A stretch of 64,000 nt of DNA from Eledone cirrhosa (lineage: Eukaryota). Location of the stretch: contig OZ024742.1 in assembly GCA_964016885.1 (NCBI GenBank), positions 200,694,001 through 200,758,000 on the forward strand, written 5' to 3'. Positions 25,978 through 40,559 of the stretch are shown here, piece by piece (the stretch's first letter is position 1; each line of letters opens with the position of its first letter). The notes beneath the pieces are model-generated. The model saw only the letters and a list, made by a program, of their open reading frames with translations. It was not told the origin of the DNA and made no database searches. A program made the position numbers and the translations under genes.

Positions 25978-28596
25978 TATATATATATATATATATAATA
26001 TTATATTATATTATATTATATTGGCAGAGTCGTTGGAACATTGGATGAATAGGTTGGGGGTATATGTATTGGTTCCAATAAATGAACAATCTCATTCTTG
26101 CCTTTTCTCCATCTGTGTCTCATTCTCTTGAAGAAATAGTCTGTTTTCAGACCAGGAAAGGGATGGGCTGTACCAGGTATAAATTCTAATGACTTACATC
26201 ACAACGGCACCCTACGACCTTATAAGGATTTTAAGGGCTAAACGGAACGTGATTAAACATGTCACTTTGAGATTATACTTAAATCAATTCTTAATCATCA
26301 TTTCCACGAAACGAAATAATTATTAATCATATGAAACTATATCCTCATCCCGTTAATAGAAATAGAGAGAGTAAATAAACTTTGAAGGGAAAAATTGGAA
26401 TGGACCTCCGTCTATTTCGACGATAATTGTTCCTGTAGTTCGATCAACGGAGCAGCCTGTCCATGAAATTTACGTGTAAGTGGCTGAGTATTCCACAGAC
26501 ACGTGTATCTTTAATGTAATTCTCAGAGTGATTCAGTGTGACAGCATGTGACAAGGCTGACGGGCTTCCAAACAGTTTTCGTCTACCTAACTTTACTCAC
26601 ATGCAAAGCAATAATTTGAAGTAACGTATCGACACTTGACCAACATGCCACTCAGTGTGATCGAACCCAGGACACAATGATTGCAAAATGAACTTTTTAA
26701 GCATTTAGCATTGCTGCATCCATATAAAGAACCCCATAAATATTTGAATTGATTTTATCTGTTCTTCTACCCAATCCCTTTTGAATTATCTCAGAAGACA
26801 TGTCAATAGTGCCCAAGTGGATAAGAACTTTAATACCTTTAATTTAAAAAAAGAACAATAGACCCCCCCCCACCCCCCACCCCCAAAAAAGAAAAAAAAA
26901 ATGAAAAAAAACCAAGGTTTCCTAGCTGGGAAATCAGTCTTGTACTATGTACACAGCGAAAACTAAGAACCTTGATGACGAACTGTGATGTCAATATTGT
27001 GAATGCAAACATTGAACAATCTTAATTCTCGCTAGATGAGATTAACAACTTGAAAAAATTATAATCTTATTAATAACTGTGGCAAGAATTCGGACTAGAT
27101 GTCTGGTTCGAGGATACATTTCTTTTAGTTATCATGGCTCGAAAATATCATAAGCACTGTCCTTCCATTCCTGATTAGACGGTAAAGAAAATCATATAAA
27201 ATGACTTTCTCATGTACGAAATGTCTGAGAAAACTTTCCTTTCTTCCTCACACCATCGGGTCCCAGAGACATTGAAAACAAAAAAAGAAAGGATAATGGT
27301 CTCTGCTTTCTTTGCCCCCTAAACAGAGAGTAAACATACATTATCTAATGTGATTTTCTTACATAGGAGACGAATACATCGAGTTGTTATAGTGTCGGAT
27401 TGAATGCCCCAGTATTTGTTCTGGCTCACTGTGCACTGAATCTGTCCTACTATCTCCAGGTTAACTTTGCGTTTCCTCGTTTCAGGGTTGATAAATAAAG
27501 TACTATTTCAGCGGGGTTGGTGGGATTGTTAAAGAATCGGAAGGGATTGTTTGTGACATGTGCTTCGGCTCTGTGCATTCTGAGTTGAAACTGCGCTTCC
27601 TTCTGCCAGGACTTGCAGCTGGCAGATAGTATCAACAATGAAATGGAATGGATCTTCATTGGCTTCCCTGATGAATATTCCAATTACTCGATTAATGGAA
27701 TAACCTACTCGATAAATTAAATTGTAAATGGATGTGCATGCCACAGGCCCGTGGAAGGGTTAACGGAGCTCTGAAGGAGATTTTGTCTGATTCAGGGTGT
27801 GGTGAGGCAAGCCCAGTGAACTATAGGTACAGTTCATCCAATGGATTTCCACACATTTTCTGTTTACTTAACTTCAATCATAAGGTATGGATGGCCTCAA
27901 AGCTGTAGTAACTGCTGCTTGTCGAAGATGGGACTGAACCCCATAATCTAAAGACAGCAAAGTGAACTTTTTTATAGTTCAACCATGTTTTCTCTACACC
28001 AGCAAGAGAAAGACTAATGGAAAATATACTTTCCTTGGTCCGATCAGAATATCGGCAACTTTTCTTTTTCCGTTTACGAAATGTTTGAGGATGCCTCCCT
28101 TCCTCCAATCCACCAGTCCTAGAAAACCCACTCTTCTCTCCGTGACTAGATAGTAATAAATAAATAAATATTAGCTGTGTGGTTAAGTAGTTCGCTTCGC
28201 TAACACAGGATTTCGTGTTCAGTCCCACTGTGTGGTACATTTAGTGCACGTGTCATATAATATAGCCGCAGATTCACCCATGCCGTGTGAGCGTAATTTG
28301 GTACACAGAAGCTGTATCAAAATCTGTCGTGTGTGTGTATATATATATGTATATGGTAATGGGTAATGGTAACACATTAGTCCGGCAAACCAAAGATGTG
28401 GGTTTGTGTCCCAGGTACGTCAATACTCAGCCTCTTTTCTATTTAGTGGGATTTTTAAAAATCCCAACTAACTGACTAATTCTATTTAGTCAAATACGGC
28501 GTAAGCACATGTTACTACCTAATTTTCAAATTCGCTAGCCGTTTCTAAACAAAGCTTGCTTTGTGTCTCCACACACACACACGCACACACACACAT

Positions 28597-28678
<82 letters not shown>

Positions 28679-29075
28679 GATATATATAGATATAGTATAT
28701 AGAAGGTGAGTAATATTGTAGAACAATAAAACTATGCATATATCAGATAGGTAGCACTCAACAGTTGGTAGAACTGGAGTATGTATAATAAAGATGAAAT
28801 AAAGATGGTTATAAGAGTTCTATATATTTTATTATACGTATTTCGAATACAAAATCATCCTGGGACAGATGTTGTGTTCTATTCAGATAAAAAATAAGGT
28901 ACAATGATATGAGGCATAATAGCACTTGTTTATATGAAAGTGCTAAGTCTACATATGACGGAAATATATGTGTTAATACTATAGTAAGAAATAGATAGGA
29001 AAATAGAAGAAAAGGAAAGAAGAAGAGAAAAAAGGAAGAAGAAAGAGAAGAAAGAAAAAAGAAAAAAAGAAAGCA

Positions 29076-29107
<32 letters not shown>

Positions 29108-29249
29108 AGAGAGACTTTTGATCAGGAACGCTGTGCGATTGAAAGCAGCTGTAAATAACGGTTAAAAAATAAATTGATGAGGTGTATGTGCGAATATTAT
29201 AGAAGGTATTCAATATTAGAGGTCTAAATATATAAACTGGGTATATTAT

Positions 29250-29440
29250 TTTGGTGAATTGGCAGTATCGGTAGAGGGTCGGACGCCATGCTTTGACGCA
29301 TAGTTACAGCCCTTGCCATTCTGAGTTCAAATCCCGCCGAGGTTAACTTTGCCTTTCATCCTTACGGGGTCGATAAAATAAAGTACCAGCAATGTACTGG
29401 GATAATTGCTGACCTTGTGCCAATAGTAGAAACAATTATT
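29250..29440 (+). mobile_element. SINE family 1 inserted in only the left arm of PLE 1
   Basis: Consensus match; absent from the matching position of the right arm (about 32005). Confidence 0.85.
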
Positions 29441-29853
29441 TTATATTGGGTTTAAATACTAAAAATTGGTTTAAGAAGTGTAAAAATGTATTAATAAAAT
29501 AAATATAAAAAGATTTTTATAAAATAAAATAAAAATTATCTATGTCAAAATTAACAATTTCTAGTAAAAAGATATATGTGGGGTAAACTATTTAATTTTT
29601 ATTTTATATCAACAAGTAAATAAAGGAAATTGTTAGAAGGATTTATAAACGCAGAAAAAACGTAGAGAAAATCTATTATAATATGACGTCATCATTTGTT
29701 TACAAAATCCACGAAGGTTTGAGAGAAAATCTAAGGCTATAGAAAATAAGATCAAAAGCTTAACATATAAAGAGAAAACCAAAATAATACATTGTAGAAT
29801 ATAATGAAAGATGTGTAAAGATAATAGTGACTCGTGGAATATGTTATAGGACA

Positions 29854-30207
29854 TCAGCTATATACTTTGTGAAAGGTCTTGTAGGATTTATGATTACAAA
29901 GTCCAAATAAATCGGTTCTTCGATTTATTATTGTGTTGAAATTCGAGATAATGGTAAATTTTTCAACTAGACATAAATTACAAACACTATATATGGAAGC
30001 ATTGGAGTATGGAGATGCGTTGTAGATTTTACGCCAAGAAATTTCGGAATTTATGTTTTTGTCTTTTAAGGACCAAACAAGTTCTGAGAGTGCGGTGCTG
30101 GTCCTTTTAAGTGGAGATTTAAATGTAGAAGAATGATTATAGAATCTTGCTTTAAAGGAGGTATAAGTAGAACCAATGTAGGTATAGGTGTTGGTACTAA
30201 TTACCAC
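29854..30207 (-). pseudogene. GIY-YIG endonuclease C-terminal domain of PLE 1 (inverted copy at 31244-31606)
   Basis: YTYIGSTYTSFKARFYNH...STALSELVWSLK...CNLCLVEK...INRRTDLFGLCNH. Confidence 0.85.
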
Positions 30208-32362
30208 TTTACATTCGTATACTAGGTTTTATCGAGACAGAAATTACTAAGAGGACAATTAGTTCTAATAGGGCATTTGCATTTACGATTAAAATTATTT
30301 ACAGAGTTATTGGCAAGTGGCCCAGGATTAATTATATTAGGATCAGGAGTGGTGGAATTAACTAAAGGAGGTGCTAGAGTTTCTAGATTTACATTACTAT
30401 TTAATGCATTCCTCAGTTACGTTTTACGTCGTATTTATACTTGTGTTATTTAGCCTAGAGTTTACATTGACGTCGGGCCTTATACTGTTATTATTATGAC
30501 TCTCATGGTTGGATGCATATGAGTTATTAATTAATATTTTAGAATTATGTCTTGAGATAATTTTTGAAATGTTCGAAGTAGTAGAATACGAGAATTTAAT
30601 AGTATGCCTATTGAAAATCTTGCTAAATATATATGAAGGAGGGAAGCTGTTATGTAATGCCCTAAAAATAATTTAGGGATATTATTAATAACGGAAAGAT
30701 AGAAGGGAGCGTTGTACCAAAGGATATTTTTATATCTAGCTCTCCTCCTTTTGTTAGCAGTATGATTATTACTAGCTACATTACGAGAGTTATTATAACT
30801 CTGCCAAGATTAAGTTCTTTAGTATACCTAATTTTGTCTAGATATCCTGCCCTAGATAGCGCATTATTATAATAGTTGGCATTAGCTTCGAAGATATCTT
30901 TATTAGAGGATAAATTAGAAATTCTTTTTTCTACGCTTTTGACTATAGCAGTTTTAACGTTATTAGGGTGGTTAGATTTAAAGTTCTCATTATCCTTATA
31001 AATGTAGAAGAATGATTATAGAATCTTGCTTTAAAGGAGGTATAAGTAGAACCAATGTAGGTATAGGTGTTGGTACTAATTACCACTTTACATTCGTACA
31101 CTAGGTTTTATCGAGACAGAAATTACTAAGAGGACAATTAGTTCTAATAGGGCATTTGCATTTACGATTAAAATTATTTACAGAGTTATTGGCAAGTGAC
31201 CCAGTATCTAGATTAAAGTATATATCAAGTATACGAATGTAAAGTGGTAACTAGTACCAATTCCTATACCTACATTGGCTCTACTTCTACCTCATTTAAA
31301 GCAAGATTCTATAATCATTCTTCTACATTTAAATCTCCACTTAAAAGGACCAGCACCGCACTCTCAGAACTTATTTGGTCCTTAAAAGACAAAAACATAA
31401 ATTACGAAATTTCTTGGCGTAAAATCTACAACACATCTCCATACTCCAATGCTTCCATATATAGTGTTTGTAATTTATGTCTAGTTGAAAAATTTACCAT
31501 AATCTCGAATTTCAACACAATAATAAATCGACAACCGATTTATTTGGACTTTGTAATCATAAATCCTACAAGACCTTTCACAAAGTATATAGCTGATGTC
31601 CTATAACATATTCCACGAGTCACTGTTATCCTTACACATCTTTCACTATATTCTACAATGTATTATTTTGATTTTCTCATTAAAGCCTTTGGTCTTCTTT
31701 TGTATAGCCTTAAATTTTCGCTCAAACCCTCGTGGATTTTGTAAACAAATGATGACGTCATATTATAATAGATTTTCTCTACGTTTTTTCTACGTTTATA
31801 AATCCTTCTAGCAATTTCCTTTATTTACTTGTTGATATAAAAAAAACATTAAATAGTATACCCACATATATCTTTTTACTAGAAATTATTAACTTTCACA
31901 TAGACAGACTATTTTTATTTTATAAATATATTTTTATATTTATTTTATTAATACATTTTTACACTTCTTAAACCAATTTTTAGTATTTAAACTCAATAGA
32001 AAATAATATACCCAGTTTATATATTTAGACCTCTAATATTTGAATACCTTCTATAATAGTCGCACATACACCTCATCAATTTATTTGTTAACCGTTATTT
32101 ACAGCTGTTTTCAATTTGACAGCGTTCCTGATCAAAAGTCTCTCTCTCTCTCTCTATCTCTCTCGCGCTCTCGCGCTCTCTTTCTCTCTTTTCTTCTTTC
32201 TTTTTTCTTTTTTCTTTCTTCTCTTTCTTTCTCCTTTGTTCTCTTCTTCTATTTTCCTATCTATTTCTTACTATAGTATTAACACATATATTTCTGTCAT
32301 ATTTAGACATAGCACTTTCATAGAAACAAGTGCTATTATGCCTCATATCATTGTACCTTACT

Positions 32363-32428
32363 TTTTATCTGAAGAGAACACATCATCCGTCGCAGGATGA
32401 TTTTGTATTCGAAATAGGTATAATAAAA
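32363..32428 (+). ncRNA. Type I hammerhead, family C, in the pLTR of PLE 1 (decayed mirror copy at 28827-28893, minus)
   Basis: UUUUAU-CUGAAGA-GAAcAC..AUCAUCC/GGAUGAU..GUaUUC-GAAA-UAGGUA-UA^AUAAAA. Confidence 0.75.
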
Positions 32429-32464
32429 TATATAGAACTCTTATAACCATCTTTATTTCATCTT

Positions 32465-32646
32465 TGGGAGCCCCTACATGGACACACTAGAAGAGGAAGA
32501 CCAAGGTTAACATATGTTGATGCCCTAAGGACAGACACTGGTCTGTTGGAGATGAAGGATATGGCAGCGATAATGAGGGACAGAGACCGCTGGAGAGAAC
32601 TCGTCCATGGATCTCGGGAATTTTACCCGCCTTAGATAGATAGATA
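32465..32646 (+). mobile_element. 5'-truncated 3' end of an RTE-like LINE with a (TAGA)n tail
   Basis: WEPLHGHTRRGRPRLTYVDALRTD...RDRWRELVHGSREFYPP* then TAGATAGA. Confidence 0.75.
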
Positions 32647-33287
32647 TATATATATTATAAAATTAGTCCCTCGTCAGTGATTTGCCAACCATCAATGGTA
32701 TTTCATCGCATTATGTATATATATATATATATGTAAGAATATTTTCGAAACAGCGAGTTGGTTTGAAATCATTAGAAATGTAAGCTATCGCCGTATTTTG
32801 ACTAAAAAAATTAAAGAAATTATTTAGCCTGATAGTGGGGTTAAGAACCTTCGGAGAAATGGAAAAACATGAGTATTGACGTACATGGGTACGCCAATAC
32901 TCATGTTTTTCCATTTCTCCGAAGGTTCTTAACCCCACTATCAGGCTAAATAATTTCTTTAATTTCTTTAGTCAAAATACGGCGATAGCTTACATATATA
33001 TATATTGTTATACTTGGGGAGGGTCTTGACCCTCCCCAAGTATAACAATATTTGTTTCGACACACGATTTCATATCAAAAACCTCACAAAACTAATTCAT
33101 CGCCGTTATATATATATATATGTAAAAAGTTTGGAGATATGGTCAATATTTGGTGGAAACCATAGGTAGGGCTTTTGTTCCGTGTATGAACATAAATATA
33201 TGATATAATATATAAGCTATCTTCCCGATTGAGCACCGTGTTCCTTAATCCCTTTTCACACCTACGGATATTTCTACACACACACAT

Positions 33288-33426
<139 letters not shown>

Positions 33427-33498
33427 TTCATATAAGGGAATATATAATTATTATACATATAAATGCATTTATGAACACACACACACGCACTCACACAA

Positions 33499-33559
<61 letters not shown>

Positions 33560-33764
33560 TGTATGTGCTTACGTTTGCTGTTAATTTATGTCCTGTAATT
33601 TTGCGCTTCGTCAAGAAAGTAAACCGTAAAATTAGTACCAGACTTGACAAAATTCATACCAGGGTAAATATAATCAACTAACTCAAATCCGTGACCCAGC
33701 ATTGCCTCAGTCTATTGATGGAAGCCAGTCAAAGAGTAAATGCCTAATGTATATTTCTCATTAA

Positions 33765-34265
33765 TAACAGTTTCTACTATAGGCACAAGGCCAGTAATTT
33801 TGGAGGAGGTGAAAGTCGATTAAATCGACCCCAGTACGTTACTGGTGCTATATTTTAACCACCCCGTAAGGACGAAAAGCAAAGTTAACCTCGGCGGGAT
33901 TTGAACTCAGACTGTAAAGGGCCGAAACTCTATGCTGGAAAGCATGGTGTCCGACTCTCTTCTGATACCGCCAATCCACCTCTCTCATATTTCTCATTAA
34001 TAACAAGTTGGATTGTAGTTAATGGTTTCTTACCCCGTAAGGATGAAAGGCAAAGTTAACCTCGGCGGGATTTGAACTCAGACCGGAAAGGGCTGTAACT
34101 CTATGCCACAAAGCATGGTGTCCGACTCTCTACCAATACTGCCAATCCACCGCCCTGGCAAGATTAATAATAATGATTTCTAGTATAGGCAGAATGCCAG
34201 TAATTTTGGGGGAGTGGAAAGTCGGTTAAATCGACCCCTGTACCGATACTGCCAATCCACCACCC
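33765..34265 (-). mobile_element. Cluster of three SINE family 1 copies or fragments; further copies at 35675-35870 (minus), 59758-59830 and 63020-63190 (plus)
   Basis: Consensus matches. Confidence 0.8.
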
Positions 34266-34984
34266 TCATATTTCTCATTAATAACAAGTTGGATTGTAAT
34301 TAATAAAATATTTTGCTACAATTTCTATCATGTACAGGAATCCTAGAGATGGTTTGTCATTGGCTTTGCGTAAATTCAGTTGTGGCTGGATACCAAGGAA
34401 CTCCTGACAACTCAGCTGAACATTCCAATATTTATTCTCACGGTCTTTTACCATTCTTACTTTGAAAAATTGACATAAATCTGACAGGAATAGATCTGTG
34501 TGCACACGTACATCCTCACATACAGACACACACATATACACATACGCACACAGCCATGCACACATATACTTATATTCATAGGCACACAGACACACATACA
34601 CATACACATACACATAACGCACGCAATCATACAGACATATTTATACTCATACACACTCAGAGAGAGACACACATATACAGTATATATACATACACGTTTT
34701 CACACAAGCATATACTTACACATAGACATATAGATACAGGGAACGAAGGGCAAATCCCTTAACCCAGAAAAAAATGGTCATAACACATTCACAGGAACCT
34801 TGGGTTGTAAGTATTCGGGACAGGTTTCCTGTTCAACGAATTCCTCCTCTCTGTCTCGGAGACCTTTGAATAGGGTCATAGCTACTACTGTTCCCTCTTT
34901 GAAAATAGCTATTTTTTTCAAGGGAAATCGACAATAAAAAAACAGGAACTCACTCCAGACTTTTACACATTAAACAACAACAAA

Positions 34985-35315
34985 AAAAGAAAAGAAATCA
35001 ACATCAAAAACATATACTCAAAAACATATACACAAAAACATATACACAAAAATATATATACAAAAACATATATACAAAAAATATATACACAAAAATATAT
35101 ACACAAAAATATATATATAAAAACAAATAAAATAAAATGAATACACAAAAATATATAACAAAAAAGAAAAGAAATCAACATCAAAAACATATACTCAAAA
35201 ACATATACACAAAAACATATACACAAAAATATATATACAAAAACATATATACAAAAACATATACACAAAAATATATACACAAAAACATATATATAAAAAC
35301 AAATAAAATAAAATA
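34985..35315. repeat. Two-level tandem repeat: ~177-bp unit built from ~15-16-bp AAAACATATACACAA sub-repeats
   Basis: GAAATCAACATC recurs at 34994 and 35171. Confidence 0.8.
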
Positions 35316-37570
35316 AATAAATAAATGTATAGCTTTTGGTGCGGGCGCGGCTGTGTGGTTAAGATGTTCTCTTCTCAACCACCTGGTGTTAGGTTCAGTT
35401 AAAATGTCTTCTACTATAGCCACAGGTTGACCAATGTCTTGTGGTTGGAATCTGTTTGACGGAAACTGTGTCGAAGTGCCCGCGTCACACACACACACAC
35501 TTTCTCTCTTTCACTCTCTCACAAACACACACACTTACACATATGTGTATATATTCATTTTATTAAATGTAAATAGTGCGTCTTGTTACTCTGGAGTTTC
35601 GCCTTTTTAACCTGATAACCCTGTCATAACCAGGCGAGACTCCAGAGTAACAAGACTCACCATATAGCCTTAATATAATTGTTTCTACTTTTGGCACAAG
35701 GCCAGCAATTATCCCAGTGTATTACTGGTACTTTATTTTATCGACTCTGTAAGGATGAAAGGCAAAGTTAACCTCGGTGGGATTTGAACTCAGACCATAA
35801 AGGGCCGTAACTCTTTGCTTTAAAGCATGGCGTATGGCCCTCTACCGATACTGCCAATCCACCGCCCTTAATGAATATTAAAACTCTACTTCGGTATCGA
35901 GCATTCTTTTCTCTCAGCCGTCAGTCACATACAGATTTATATATACGCTCTGTAGCCTACATAGAGCACTCTCTCTTCCTTTACCTTTCCTACGGAAATA
36001 CTTCATTTATATATATATATATATCCAGGAGGAGTACGTGGAGTTACTGTAGATTCACCCAGATGAGCACTCGATATTTAGGTTCACTTCAGTGTCGAGC
36101 TAGACAGAGTGTAGTATAATAAAATAAAACAAGGACGAGTGCTTACTCCTTCATTACGTTTATTGGTTGGTGACGTGCGTTTCGCCACTGCTCATCTCAA
36201 GATTCGAATTGTATCGATCTAGCCCGACTCTGTAATCCACAGCTTGTCAGACCCCTTGAGCTGATCAGTGGCAAAACGCACGTCACCAACCAATGAACGT
36301 AATGAAGGAGGAACCACTTGTCCTTGTTTTAGTTTACTATATATATATAGTAAACTAAAACAAGGACAAGTGGTTCCTCCTTCATATTACGGAATATTGC
36401 AGTTTGACAAAAAGGATTCGATGAAATACCTATCACAATTGAAACAAAAATTATAAGATATGACCCCCCCCCCAAAAAAAAAAAATCGCACCAATGTGGT
36501 GTCGGAGCATGGCCGCAGTCTAATGATTGAAACCAGTAAACGAATAACAATTTGAATAAATAAAATCAAAGAAATGAAAAAAGAAAAATAGAAGAGAAAC
36601 AAATGAAAATGCAATTTGTTAATCACCTCATTTCAGACAAGATTTGTTACTGTTTTACACCTATGATAGTTACATTGAGACCTCCCAAGAGAAAGAAAAA
36701 GAAGAATGAAAGAAAGCACGTGAAGAAAAGCACGTGAGAGAAAGGAAGGGAGCTCAAAATAGAATTATTTGGTAAAAAAAAAAAAAAAAAGTAAAATTGG
36801 TTCCAGACCAAAACTATGTGACTTGCAGATTTCTTTACGAAAATAAGTTTCTTAGCGAAGGAATTCTAGAAAGTTTGAAATAACAAGCCAACCGCGAACA
36901 ACAGTTTTGAGAAGGAAAGTAGGCTAGGCTAAAAAGCTTTCTAAGATATTTTCAGTAAACTTTGTCTGCTTCTAAGCTTCTCTTCTTAGCTTTACTAATT
37001 CTTTAGCTTGGTACTAATTTTGGTGGTGGTGGTGGAGGAGGAGGAAGATGAGAGTGTCTGGTTCTGGTTCTGTTGAGATGCTATAATTGAAAAGAGGGTT
37101 TGTCCTAGTTAACTAGATGTAACAGATAACCTGTGCAACCCAAATATTCAACTTCTTTATGCTTCTATTTGATGTATATTCAAGCGGCGGATGCAGCATT
37201 GCCGAATGGTTAAGGAGTTCACTTCGCATTCGAGTTCAATCCCACTGAGTAGTATCTTGGACACGTGTCATTTACCACAGTTTCGGGTCGATCCATGTCT
37301 TTTGAATGAAAGTGGATCGATGGCAACTATTTGGAAGTCCGTTGAATGACATCTACCTCTATTTTAAAGGTCTAACCATGTCACCCATTATGTTATACTG
37401 AATCTCCCTGCAATTTACCTTAAGATGTCTGCGGAATTCGTTGCTACTTATACGTTAACTTTACGAACTGAGTGCATTACTGTATGGGGTATCATGTACA
37501 TGTCAATCTATATTATGAAAGAAGAGCTGTTTCTTCGTCTGTCTGTGCATCATACTTATATGTATATATA

Positions 37571-37735
37571 CAGGGCGTTTAAAAAAATGTCATATCAATG
37601 ACTTGTTCACAAGGTTGTCACATTAAAACTTATTATGTTGCTCAACATAAAGCCTGCTCAATCTCATCGTCCGGGGCTTTGTAGTTTCCTAAATATTTAC
37701 ATTACAAATGATATCCAATTTTTTTAAACACCTTA
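37571..37735. mobile_element. Tc1/mariner-type MITE
   Basis: TA-CAGGGCGTTTAAAAAAA ... TTTTTTTAAACACCTTA-TA, imperfect TIRs with TA flanks. Confidence 0.6.
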
Positions 37736-37881
37736 TATAACATATATAGTTTACTTTTTAGTTGTTTGTTTTTGTGTGTGTGTGAGTGTGTGTGTGAGTG
37801 TGTGTGTGTGTGTGTGAGTGTGTGTGTGCGAGTGTTTGTGTGTGTGTGTGTGAGAGAGTGTGTGTGTGTATGTGTGTGCGT

Positions 37882-37927
<46 letters not shown>

Positions 37928-38037
37928 CTGTATGCCTTTCAACATATAGACAACGCAACACAGACTAAATGGAAGACTCACTCTAATGACAGGTTGCTGT
38001 TGATGTTGTTATTGAGAGAGAGAGTGAGAGAGAGAGA

Positions 38038-38068
<31 letters not shown>

Positions 38069-39098
38069 TGAGAGAGAGAATTTGAAAGATAGATAGCTAG
38101 AGAGTGTTGTCGCCATAGTAACTAACGGATTTTAACTAAAATCGTGGGAATATTAAATGTGTCTGTCAACAGGTGTGTGAAGTTCTGTATGTCCTACAGA
38201 AAACCGGGCTACAACTAGTATGTATAATTACCAAAAAGTAAAAAGAAAGAAAGGAAGGAGCCTATCATTACATATGACTAAGGGATCTTTCAATCACTGA
38301 TATTGTTTGTCAGTGGAAATCTGTGACAGGAAAAGCAGCATGAAATACTTTGGACAAGTATACCACAGTCTCCGCGGTTAAGGAGTCGAAACCATGACGT
38401 TATGAGCAACAACTCCATACCAAAGCCGCTAGACCACGTGCATTCACTAAATTAATCATGTAATATTGAAAACTAGTTTTTATTTTCAACCCTTTTGAAC
38501 ATCCTTGGATGGTGTGGTCCTGTCAAAAAAGTGATGGTGGGTCGCTTGTTTTATTGTTTTATCCTTTTATTGTTCATTCAATTTCTGATTATTGTCCCCA
38601 GCTCTAGATTTTATCATCGTATTTGTGTTATTTCTTTGCTATCTACTTTGATTAATGCCACGCAGCCGCATTGAATGTTTTATGTCTATGGCGGTGTTCC
38701 ACCACGACCGGTGTCGAAATATTGAAACTAGACAAAATGTCTCTCTCTCATCCTCTCTCTCTGTGTATATATATAACAAAGATGTGGTAAGATACCAGGT
38801 GGGCCATAACGCACCAGAGTACTCGATACTTAGGTTAGTAGAGTGAGTAATAGGGAAAGCGTCAGGACCCGACAGTTGAGCACCGGCCGTTTCGACAGCT
38901 AGATACGAACTGTTCGGACCAATATAAATACGCTATTTTTCAAAATTTATCAAGCGTCTATAATAACGGTCCTTTTCTGTTTTAATGTATCCTTGTTAAC
39001 CTATAGCCCTTGTGATTTGGAATTTTTACCTCACTGCCGATAGCGGGCTTATGCTAGTAAGTTTGCGCTAAGGTATGTCAATATCTTAACACCAAATA

Positions 39099-39158
39099 TA
39101 TTTTATCCGATGAAAGCACACTAAAATGTTGTGTCCTTGAAATACGTATAATAAAATA
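39099..39158 (+). ncRNA. Family C hammerhead with core variant CCGAUGA
   Basis: UAUUUUAU-CCGAUGA-stem II-GAAA-UACGUA-UA^AUAAAAUA. Confidence 0.6.
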
Positions 39159-39952
39159 AATATGGTATTATAAATATATTTTCCATTTATTAATACTGTT
39201 TATATATATATATATATATATATAGTGAAAACTTGGACGGGAACAAAAACAGGGAGGCAGTACAAACAAAGGTTTATTAGGTTCACGCTCTTGAGTTTCG
39301 GGATAAGCCCTTCTTCAGGAGAAAAGTGGGTGGGGAGAGAGTTCCGAGGCTGTGTGGTGGAGGGGTATCCAATATTACGGGATATGAAAACTACAGAAAA
39401 CATCAAACATACAAATATTATATATTTATATATATATATATAACGAGACAGAGAAATAACGAGAGAATGTGTGTGTCTATACGCGTGTGAGGAACAGTGT
39501 ATGTATTTATGTGCCTATGTAACTGTGTATGTATGTATATGTGTGTGTGGATAAGTGGGTGTGGATGTATATATGTATATATATATATATGTGTGTCTGT
39601 GTGTGTATGTGTCTGTGTGTGTAGATTGGTGTTTGTATGAAAGATAATATCGGTAGTAAGTGAAGCCTGAAGTGAAGTATTTATTCCTTATGACATGTAT
39701 TTGCCAAATATATTATCGTTAACATGCGAAGTGTGCTCGGAATATATTAATCCAATCAAAATTAAATTATTATCAATCTTTCCATCTATCTATGTGTGGT
39801 GGCTGGCTGGTTAGTTTGGCCGCGCACGTGTTTTCTAAGCATACGTATATCAAATGAAATACATATGCAGACAGACACAAAGTCTCAGATATACTCAGAC
39901 ACTCACTCATCCATATATGAGTGTGTAAAAGGAGGTATGCATATCTGTTTGG

Positions 39953-39983
<31 letters not shown>

Positions 39984-40243
39984 TGTATGTATGTATGTAT
40001 GTATGTATGTATGTATGTATGTATGTATGTATGTATGTATGCTGGTATATATATATACGTTTTAATATAGAAGAGCTTCTACAGGACTAGAACTCTTTCA
40101 TTCTCACGAATGAAACAATTCTAGTCCTGTAGAAGCTCTTCTATATTAAAAGTTTTATACTCTGCTATGTATTGAGTACCTTACTTACTGTGGTTACCTA
40201 CGATTCAACCCGGAATAACTTTATATAATATATGTATATATAT

Positions 40244-40540
40244 ATCTATCTATCTATCTAGGGCGGGTAAAATTCCCGAGATCCATGGACGAGTTCTCTC
40301 CAGTGGTCTCTGTCCTTCATCCTCGCTGCCATGTCCTGCGTCTCCAACAGACCAGTGTCTGTCCTTAGGGCATCAACATACGTTAACCTTGGTCTTCCTC
40401 TTCCAGTGTGTCCATGTAGGGGCTCCCACAGGAGCACTGAGTGCAATGTCAACTCTGGATATCGGTGAGCATGTCCAGCTAACCTCAGTCTCCTCTGTGT
40501 CACTTTTGGGCTGACTTTTGGGAGGCTCCCATACAGCTCT
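40244..40540 (-). mobile_element. 3' end of the same RTE-like LINE family as 32465-32646
   Basis: RRLRLAGHAHR...LLWEPLHGHTGRGRPRLTYVDALRTD...FYPP* followed by (TAGA)n. Confidence 0.8.
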
Positions 40541-40559
40541 GAGTTTTATATATATATAT

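Larger units (their letters stand above)
28700..32464. mobile_element. Penelope-like element 1, rearranged: minus arm (thumb-linker-GIY-YIG-3'UTR-pLTR, about 31000-28700), partial duplication 31001-31203, plus arm 31229-32464
   Basis: KSNHPNNVKTAIVKSVEKRISNLSSN, ILWYNAPF, IFNRHTIKFSYS, YIGST..FKARFYNH, CNLCLVEK; about 1.2-kb inverted arms; HHRs near both outer ends. Confidence 0.9.

Noticed and set aside
27040-28150. Possible transposase/LINE remnants or host exons (also 53390-53620 and 62700-63900)
   Set aside because: Composition suggests decayed coding or TE sequence, but I found no motif I can assign with confidence
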